The translations under genes were made by a program, and so were the position numbers. Below the pieces are notes generated by a model that saw only the letters and a program-made list of their open reading frames with translations, was not told where the DNA came from and made no database searches. A stretch of DNA of 29,734 bases, taken from NCBI GenBank assembly GCA_031409335.1, contig JANNWY010000301.1:1-29734 (forward strand), given 5' to 3'. The stretch comes from Chthoniobacteraceae bacterium (GTDB lineage: Bacteria; Verrucomicrobiota; Verrucomicrobiia; Chthoniobacterales; Chthoniobacteraceae). Positions within the stretch are counted from its first letter, which is position 1, and every line of letters begins with the position of its first letter. This document shows, one piece after another, positions 8,746 through 15,585 of this stretch.

Positions 8746-9399
8746 CTACTCGTGACCCAGGCTGGAATAGGTTTCATTCGCGACGTATTTCGCAAAACGC
8801 GAGGGGCTGAGAAGGATGCTGCCGCCGTCAGTCGCGAGCGGTTGTTGTTCGTTGCCATGCGTGATCTGGAAACGCTTTGCCGCCTCCGCCACCACGGCAT
8901 TTCCCGCGTCGAACACGTAATCGAATGCCCAGCGAATCTGGCCGGTGCTCGCCGCGACGAGCTTCGTGCGCACTCCCATCGACACGGGGCGGTACGGTGA
9001 AAAATGAGTGAGATCCGTGAACAGCACGCCGTCCACTCCACACTCCTCGCGCAGCCGGGAAAGCACGTCGGCAGGCAGCGACTCGGTCGATGCAAACTGC
9101 CGCTCACCGAACAGCGCCTCCAATCGCGCACGGCTGACCGGCACGACTTCGAAGAGGCCGCGCTTCGACAACTCCGATTGAAACGCGGCATCCAGGGCGC
9201 GCAGGTTTTGATCGGGAAACGCACCGCTGTGCAAAGGCAGCAGGGCAACGCGGCGCAATTGCTCTCCGGGAGTTGCCGGGGAAAAAAAGTTCTCCGGCGC
9301 GGGAGCCGGCGGCGGACCCGCCTGCTTCAGCGTCGCACAACCGCCGGTGAAAAGAGCACAGACCGCAGCCAGCGCGACGTGGACGCGAGGCAGCGTCAT
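8746..9399 (-). CDS. Uncharacterised lipoprotein, probable CsgG/LpoB/FlgO-like alpha/beta fold
   Basis: Lipobox-like ALFTGG|C, Pro-rich linker, then RRVALLP...ELSKRGLFEVV...GVDGVLF...KLVAASTGQIRWAFD. ATGA overlap with the fliD stop. Confidence 0.6.
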   Translation of the reverse strand: MTLPRVHVALAAVCALFTGGCATLKQAGPPPAPAPENFFSPATPGEQLRRVALLPLHSGAFPDQNLRALDAAFQSELSKRGLFEVVPVSRARLEALFGERQFASTESLPADVLSRLREECGVDGVLFTDLTHFSPYRPVSMGVRTKLVAASTGQIRWAFDYVFDAGNAVVAEAAKRFQITHGNEQQPLATDGGSILLSPSRFAKYVANETYSSLGHE

Positions 9400-11120
9400 G
9401 CAGCGGCCGATCCGAATGCGTTATTCAGCGCGGTGAGCTGCGATTGAATCCGCGATTGCGCCGTTTCCATGCTGATGAAGCTTTGCTCCAGCAGCGCCCG
9501 CTGCTGCGCCAGCCGCCGTTCCATGTTCGAGATTTGCAAGTCGATGCTCTTCGATTGTTTTGCGATCGTCTCGGTTTGCGTTTTGAGCGTCCCGGTGGTT
9601 CCGGTCACTTGCTCGATGTATTTGTCCAGCCGGGCCACCAGCCCGTCTGGCTTGGTGCTGAACAGCGCGCGGACCTCGTCCGCCCGCGTCGAAAGCGTCG
9701 TGTCCAATTTGGAACTGTCCTTCACTTCCAGTTGGGAGGTTCCGGTCTTGAAATCGATGCCGATGCTTTCGAGTCGCTGGATCGTTCCGGTAAGACCCGG
9801 CACCGTGTCGAAAACTCCTTTCCGAATGCGCGAGGCGAGATCCGTCACCTCAATGTTTCCCGAGAGCGTCGCCCGCGAAACCCTGCCGTCCGAACTCGTC
9901 GAAGTCTTGGTCTGCTGCTCGATGTAAGTCTGCACCGCGTTGAACTTCGTGATGAAATCGTCAATTTTCGCCCGCGCTCCGGCAGTGTCAGTGCCGATGT
10001 TCACCGTCTCCGTGGTCGCGGTAGTCGCCGTCAGCGTCAGTCCCGCGATCCCGTGCGCGAACGAATCCAGCGTGTTGCTCGTGCTGATCAAGGTTCCGCC
10101 GCCATTCACGCTGAATTCCGCATTCTTCCCCCGCGCGAGCGTCGCCGTCGCGTTCAAGCCAAACGCTTCGAGTAATCCACCCGCTCCTTCGCTCACCGAA
10201 ACGCCGACATCGCCCTCGTTCTTATTGGTCAGCGTGAAGCGATCATTCGCCCGGTCAAATGCCGCGGTCACTCCCGCTTCGGACGCGTTGATCCGCGCGA
10301 CCACGTTTTGCACGCTGTCGTCGTTCACATTGAAGTCGATGCTCACGCCATTGATCGAGAACGAACCTTTTCCATCGCCGTCCACGCCAGTGATCGGTGT
10401 TTTCAGATTCGCATTTACGATCGCCGCGCCGACAGACACCACGCCCAGCGCCTTTGGCGAAATCACTTCGCCCGTGCCGTTGTTGTAAAGTTTCAGCGCG
10501 CCCAGAAAGTTGCTGGTGTCATTTGCGCTCCCGAGCACGATCTCACTCCCGCCGCTCAGGCGCACCTTGTCAGTCGTCGGGTCGTAGCTAGCGGTCACAC
10601 CGGTCTTCGTCTGGATTTGTTGAAAGACATCCGCCAGCGAATCCGTCGCCGCCACGGTGATTCGCTCGCCGTTGATCGTGAAATCCCCTGCCCTGATCGA
10701 AGTCCCGATCGGCAGCGTGCCGATCGTCAAAGCGCTCACATCCGCCGTCGCACTCAGCGCCGAACCCGTGTCGCCACTTCCCACGCGCTGCGCTTTCGTC
10801 GCGAGTTGCGTCACTTGGATTTGGTAATTTCCCGTCTCCGCATCCGGGCTCGCCGCGACCGACCACGAGCTGCCTTCGTTTACGAGAGTCGCCGCGCGAT
10901 CGGAAAATGCATTCCCCGCGACGCCCGACAGCGATCGGATGGAATCGCGCAGTGCCGTGAGTTGCGTGCTGAGGTTTTCGATGGCGCTGCTCTTTTGCGC
11001 GCCCAGCGCTTTTTCCGATCGCAGCCGGTCCTGCGGCACGCGTTCGGCGGTCATGAGTTGATCCACGAGGCTCCGCCAATCGAGACCAGAGGCCAAACCT
11101 GAGAGTTGAATTCCTGGCAT
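9396..11120 (-). CDS. fliD: Flagellar filament cap protein FliD (574 aa)
   Basis: True start MPGIQLSGLASGLDWRSLVDQLMTAER (FliD N-terminal motif); YQIQVTQLAT, NAEFSVNG...STSNT, IDDFITKFNAV, LESIGI; C-terminal coiled coil LEQSFISMETAQSRIQSQ. Confidence 0.95.
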   Translation of the reverse strand: MPGIQLSGLASGLDWRSLVDQLMTAERVPQDRLRSEKALGAQKSSAIENLSTQLTALRDSIRSLSGVAGNAFSDRAATLVNEGSSWSVAASPDAETGNYQIQVTQLATKAQRVGSGDTGSALSATADVSALTIGTLPIGTSIRAGDFTINGERITVAATDSLADVFQQIQTKTGVTASYDPTTDKVRLSGGSEIVLGSANDTSNFLGALKLYNNGTGEVISPKALGVVSVGAAIVNANLKTPITGVDGDGKGSFSINGVSIDFNVNDDSVQNVVARINASEAGVTAAFDRANDRFTLTNKNEGDVGVSVSEGAGGLLEAFGLNATATLARGKNAEFSVNGGGTLISTSNTLDSFAHGIAGLTLTATTATTETVNIGTDTAGARAKIDDFITKFNAVQTYIEQQTKTSTSSDGRVSRATLSGNIEVTDLASRIRKGVFDTVPGLTGTIQRLESIGIDFKTGTSQLEVKDSSKLDTTLSTRADEVRALFSTKPDGLVARLDKYIEQVTGTTGTLKTQTETIAKQSKSIDLQISNMERRLAQQRALLEQSFISMETAQSRIQSQLTALNNAFGSAAA

Positions 11121-11148
11121 ATGCTTGTGTTTGTTAGCTTCCAGAAAA

Positions 11149-11164
11149 AGCAGACGCCGTGCCT
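11149..11164 (-). promoter_or_regulatory. Candidate sigma54 (-24/-12) promoter for fliD
   Basis: Minus strand AGGCACGGCGTCTGCT = GG-N10-GC with the GGCACG core, about 28 nt upstream of the fliD ATG. Confidence 0.55.
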
Positions 11165-11201
11165 TGTGCTGGCGAGAGTCTTCAACATCGTGGGAAAACC
11201 A

Positions 11202-11621
11202 ATGTGCGCCGCCCTCGAACTCAATTCGCGAATGATCCGCCCCGGAAAACTCACCGCTGCCTGGCGCAATGGCATCGCCGAGCAACTCATCTGGGCCGGC
11301 TTTGCGCGCAAGGAAACGCTCGGCTGGTGGAAACGGAACGGCGCGGAACTCGTCGATGTGCCAGCGCACCGCTTTGCCGAACGTTCCGAGCGCGATCGGC
11401 AACTTCGCTGGGATGACGTGCCAGCCGGGCTCGTCGTGCGCGGCATCGTCGTCGTGGAAACCTCGACGCCGCTTTTGAAAATCGTCACCCGTGCTTCGAC
11501 TGCGGAGGAAATTCAGCGCTTCGAACATCCGAGGATGCCGCTGATCGAGCAGCCGATTTTCAGCGCGGCGCCGATCGAATCCGATCCGCCGACGAAAAGC
11601 GCCCAGCGCGAATTGTTCTGA
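11202..11621 (+). CDS. Minimal SRAP/YedK(HMCES)-like abasic-site-binding protein, 139 aa
   Basis: Start at Met-Cys (MCAALE). SRAP-like motifs in the expected order: W.G.ARKET, VPAHRFAE, KIVTR, HPRMPLI. Ends in QRELF. Confidence 0.65.
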   Translation: MCAALELNSRMIRPGKLTAAWRNGIAEQLIWAGFARKETLGWWKRNGAELVDVPAHRFAERSERDRQLRWDDVPAGLVVRGIVVVETSTPLLKIVTRASTAEEIQRFEHPRMPLIEQPIFSAAPIESDPPTKSAQRELF

Positions 11622-11622
11622 T

Positions 11623-12129
11623 CTACAATCCGGCTTTCAGCCGACTCCAAAAGCCGTCGTCCTGCGCCGTCGCTCGCTGCGGCGTCTTGGCTTTTGCAGG
11701 AATCGTCAACCGCTGCCCGACGCGCAGTTTTCGCTCATCCACGATGCCATTCGCGCTCTTCAAATCAGCCGCCGTCGTCCCATACCGCGCCGCGATACTC
11801 GTCAGCGTGTCGCCCTGGGCGACGACGTATGTCGAGGACTGCGCAGGCGCGCCCTGCAATGGCTTTTTCGGAGCGGAACGCTTTGCCACCGCCACTGGCT
11901 GCGCGCCCCGCTTTTCGACGATCGGTTTCAACGTCGGATCGATCTCCAAAATCTTCTCGTTCAACTTCGCATCCGCCCTCGCATAAGCCGCGCGCACTCC
12001 CGGATCCTTCAGCGCGATTCGCCGCACCTGCGCATAGTCCGCCTGCAAATCCGCGCTGGCGGCGGACAAAGTCGAAGGCAGAAACGCCGCGATGACGGCG
12101 AGCGGAACAAGGCTGTCAGAAAAATTCAT
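11623..12129 (-). CDS. Exported LysM peptidoglycan-binding protein
   Basis: Signal peptide; LysM domain YVVAQGDTLTSIAARYGTTAADLKSANGIVDERKLRVGQRLTIP. Confidence 0.9.
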   Translation of the reverse strand: MNFSDSLVPLAVIAAFLPSTLSAASADLQADYAQVRRIALKDPGVRAAYARADAKLNEKILEIDPTLKPIVEKRGAQPVAVAKRSAPKKPLQGAPAQSSTYVVAQGDTLTSIAARYGTTAADLKSANGIVDERKLRVGQRLTIPAKAKTPQRATAQDDGFWSRLKAGL

Positions 12130-12161
12130 GCATCAATCGTAGGGTCGTATCGGCCCGGCGA

Positions 12162-13046
12162 TCAATCCGCGAAAATCTTGTCCATCCGCTCGGAGAGAAA
12201 CTTCAGCCGCGCCGCATCACCGCCGCCGACTTCCGCGATGCCGTAGCCGTGATACGCGATGTCATCGAGCGCCTTCATCGTCGCCGGCCAGTCGTTGTCT
12301 CCTTCGCCGAGTTCGACGTTGAAGCCTTTGCCAAAACCTTCCGCGTCGCGCTTCTTCCGGCTGAATTCCTTGATGTGCAAATTCTGCACGCGCGATCCGA
12401 GAATGCGCGTCCAGTGCTCCGGCCAGCCGAAGGTGATGAGATTCCCGAAATCGAGATGCCAGCCGACCCACGGGCTGCCGATTTCATCGACAAATCGCGC
12501 CGCGCTCATCGGGTCGATGATGAAACTATTCCAGACGTTCTCGATGCAGATTTTGCACTTTGCTTTCTCCGCCTCCGGCAGCGCGCGTTTGATATTCTCG
12601 ACCGCGCGTTTCCAGCAATCGTCGTAGCTCACCTGTTTGTTCACCACGCCCGGAACCAGCAGCAGCCGCGTGCATCCCAGCTCCGCCGCATCCGCGAGCG
12701 CCAGCTTCAGCCCTTTCATGCCCGCCTCGACGACTGCCGGATCAGGTGAACTCAGCGGCTTTCCCCAATGCGTCGAACAAATAATGCCCGCGATTTCCAG
12801 CCCCGTCGCGCTCTTCGCTTTGAGCAATTCATCGAGCGGAATCGCGTCGGGCCGGTTGAGTTCGAGTCCGTCAAAACCCGCGTCCTTCGCCATCTTGAAG
12901 CGATCGGCGACGGACCCGCCACCGCCAACCATTCCGAGGTTCACGGCTTTTTTCAGCGATCGTTTTTTCGCCGTATCCTGGGCGCGAGTCAGCGCCGTCG
13001 AGGCGAGTGCGGCAGCGGTGGTTTTGAGGAAGATGCGACGGTTCAT
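12162..13046 (-). CDS. Tat-exported sugar-phosphate isomerase/epimerase (xylose isomerase-like TIM barrel)
   Basis: Twin-arginine NRRIFLK; AGFDGLEL, LLVPG, ICIENVWN, HLDFGN, HIKEF, IAE metal-binding pattern. Confidence 0.88.
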   Translation of the reverse strand: MNRRIFLKTTAAALASTALTRAQDTAKKRSLKKAVNLGMVGGGGSVADRFKMAKDAGFDGLELNRPDAIPLDELLKAKSATGLEIAGIICSTHWGKPLSSPDPAVVEAGMKGLKLALADAAELGCTRLLLVPGVVNKQVSYDDCWKRAVENIKRALPEAEKAKCKICIENVWNSFIIDPMSAARFVDEIGSPWVGWHLDFGNLITFGWPEHWTRILGSRVQNLHIKEFSRKKRDAEGFGKGFNVELGEGDNDWPATMKALDDIAYHGYGIAEVGGGDAARLKFLSERMDKIFAD

Positions 13047-13125
13047 GTGCGGTGGAGTTTGGGGAATGAAGTGACTCGCAAAAGCAAACAGGCCCGGTCC
13101 CGTCGCGACAATTCAAATCCCGGTG

Positions 13126-15471
13126 CTATTTCACCTCGCGAATCTGCACCGCATCCGCGTGGATGAAGCCATTCGCGCCCTCCGCCCGCAGCACCACGGC
13201 GTTCGCTTTTCCCGAGGTGAAATCGAACGCGCCGAGTGAGTGAAAGCCATTCGTGTCGGTCGGATTTTCCCGCTGATTCAATTGCAGCTTCAGCGCCGCT
13301 TCGCCTTCGCGCTCGATCGCGCACGCCGCGTTGCTCGCGCGATTTTCATGCCCCGCCCAGGCCACCCTCACTTCATAGCGGCCGGTCTTCGGCACTTTGA
13401 ATTCAAAACGCGCCTCCGCCTCGCTCTTCGCATTGGCATATGCATAGCCCGCTCCGATAAAAGGCTTCATCCCGCTCGCCCGCGTCCATGTGCCAGTCAG
13501 CTTTGCGAGCGCATCGTCCACCACGATCCCGGGCAGCGTTGCGACCGCAATCCCGCCCGCAATTCCGACCGCGCCGGGCGCCTCTGGCTTGCGTGCTTCA
13601 CCAGCCCACGGCGCAAATTTCGCGCGCACTTTCCCGATCTCGGGATCGAGCACGAGGGGCGCTTCCAGCGAGGCACGACGCATCGCGCCGGGCTGTTCGA
13701 TCAGTTCGATGAGTGAAAGCAGGTAGCTCTCGTAAACGCCGCGCGGCGAGCGGTTGTGCCGCACCGCGAGATACGCCGCCTTGCCCACCACCTCGCCCAT
13801 CATCCCGCAAGTCCGCATCACGCGCACCGTGCCGAGCGCCTCGTGCGTCACGCTGATCAGCCGGCCGGCCATGAAAAGGTTCGGCACGTTCTTCGAGTAA
13901 AAGCAGCGATACGGAATCGGGTAGCCGTTCTTGCGATCGACGCCCGCGCCGAATTCCGCGCGCGAGATGAATGGATTCTCCGGATACTTTTTCGCGAATT
14001 GCTCCTTCGGATAATGCAGGTCGATGTCCCACGTCGTCGGCACGAAACCATCGGGAAATTCGCGCCGCTCCACGATGTCCTCGCGCGTCAAAGTCACGTC
14101 GCCCTCCAGCAGCCGCGACTCCCGCGGGCCGCCCACAAATGACACCCACTTCAGCGCCGCATTTGCATATTCGCCCTCGCGTTTCAACGCGCTGAACGCG
14201 CCGAAAACCGCGCGCAGATTCCAGTCGCGGATCAACTCCGCGTTCTTGATTGGATTAACGTTGAAGCCCGATTCCCAAAACCATTCGCCCTTCATAAACG
14301 GATCGCCGTCGAACACCGACTTGCTCTTGATCTGCCGTGGAAAATCGCCCACATCCAGCGCCAGCGCCCACGGCGTCTGCGGCCACGGCTGGGGCGCGGA
14401 TTCGTTCTGCCAAAACCACATGTTCGACATGCCCATGCGGCCCTCCGGCTGCATGTGAAAATTCGCGCCGCTCATCGCGCCGAGATGACCGTGCCCCGTG
14501 CAATCGACAAAAAATTTCCCGCGGAGAATTCGCTCACGCCCCGTCTTCACATCCAGCGCCGTCACGCTTTTGATCGCCTTCGTCTCCGGGTCGGTCGCCG
14601 CCGCGTGCGCGTAGTGGCCGAGGAAAAGTGTGAGCGTTTTTTCGTTGCGGCAGACTTCCTCTTTCAACTTGTCCACGAAGAACTCGCCCGCCGCCGGCGA
14701 GTCCGGCGCTTGATCCGAAAACTCCTCGATGATCTCGCCGAGGCGCGGGTATTTCCCGCGCATCGTCCCGCCCATCGCCCACACGCGGATTTCGCTGCTG
14801 CCATTTCCGCCAAGTACAAAACGATCCTGCACCAGCGCGACTTTGAGCGACTGCCGCGCCGCCGAGATCGCCGCGCCGAGCCCACTGTAGCCGCCGCCCA
14901 CGACCACGAGATCAAACTCACCCGCGTCCTCCGGCCCCGCCGCATTGCCATTCCACTTCGCCCGCGCCGCGGCGAGCGCCGCACCGTCTGGCGGCGTGAA
15001 CGCATCGTCTTTGCTAAAAAGCAGCGCATCGCACCGTCCGTCGAAACCCGTAAGATCGCGCAGCGCGAGCGACACCTCGCCCGCCGGAAGCTCCACCGCG
15101 CCGCCTTCCTGCCAAGCCCACTCCGCGCCCTTCGCGCCAAATTCCGTCGCGATCACCGCGCCATTTGCGACCACCTGAAACCGCCCCGGCGCACCTCCCG
15201 CCTTCCACGGCGCGACCCAATCCTTCGTCCGCGCCCAAACGCGGTACGTCCCCGCGACCGGCACCTTCAGTGTCGTCTTCGCATCCGCGACCGCTTTGCC
15301 CAGGCCATGCGCGAGCAAATACGGCGAGCCGATGACGTTCGTAAAAGAAGTATCGAGCGACCACCCGCCGTGATCGGCGAATGCCTCCGCCTCGATGAAG
15401 AGCGGATCATCCGCGTGGGCGGCGAGTGCGAGAACTGTGAAGGCAGTGATCAATGCGAGATGTCTTTTCAT
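13126..15471 (-). CDS. Exported FAD-dependent oxidoreductase with N- and C-terminal beta-sandwich (golvesin/CBM-like) modules, 781 aa
   Basis: True start MKRHLALITAFTVLALAAHA; DLVVVGGGYSGLGAAISAAR, LGGNGSSE, FVDCTGHG, RESRLLEG, IPYRCFYSKNVPNLFMAGR..S.TH.ALGT.RVM; C-terminal IVVDD...GRYEV...HADAVQ. Confidence 0.88.
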   Translation of the reverse strand: MKRHLALITAFTVLALAAHADDPLFIEAEAFADHGGWSLDTSFTNVIGSPYLLAHGLGKAVADAKTTLKVPVAGTYRVWARTKDWVAPWKAGGAPGRFQVVANGAVIATEFGAKGAEWAWQEGGAVELPAGEVSLALRDLTGFDGRCDALLFSKDDAFTPPDGAALAAARAKWNGNAAGPEDAGEFDLVVVGGGYSGLGAAISAARQSLKVALVQDRFVLGGNGSSEIRVWAMGGTMRGKYPRLGEIIEEFSDQAPDSPAAGEFFVDKLKEEVCRNEKTLTLFLGHYAHAAATDPETKAIKSVTALDVKTGRERILRGKFFVDCTGHGHLGAMSGANFHMQPEGRMGMSNMWFWQNESAPQPWPQTPWALALDVGDFPRQIKSKSVFDGDPFMKGEWFWESGFNVNPIKNAELIRDWNLRAVFGAFSALKREGEYANAALKWVSFVGGPRESRLLEGDVTLTREDIVERREFPDGFVPTTWDIDLHYPKEQFAKKYPENPFISRAEFGAGVDRKNGYPIPYRCFYSKNVPNLFMAGRLISVTHEALGTVRVMRTCGMMGEVVGKAAYLAVRHNRSPRGVYESYLLSLIELIEQPGAMRRASLEAPLVLDPEIGKVRAKFAPWAGEARKPEAPGAVGIAGGIAVATLPGIVVDDALAKLTGTWTRASGMKPFIGAGYAYANAKSEAEARFEFKVPKTGRYEVRVAWAGHENRASNAACAIEREGEAALKLQLNQRENPTDTNGFHSLGAFDFTSGKANAVVLRAEGANGFIHADAVQIREVK

Positions 15472-15585
15472 GGGCGGGTGGCGAGTGAGTCCTAGCCGGT
15501 TGTCGCGAGCGACGCAATTCGGCACATCTTTCCGACGCGCATCAATCTGCTCGCCGAATCCCGGACGCTCTGCGCTTTTGAAAGG

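Noticed and set aside
11121..11528. 136-aa N-terminal extension of FliD in the ORF track (9396..11528)
   Set aside because: The FliD N-terminal motif begins at ATG 11120. The extension is antisense to the SRAP-like gene and covers the candidate promoter.
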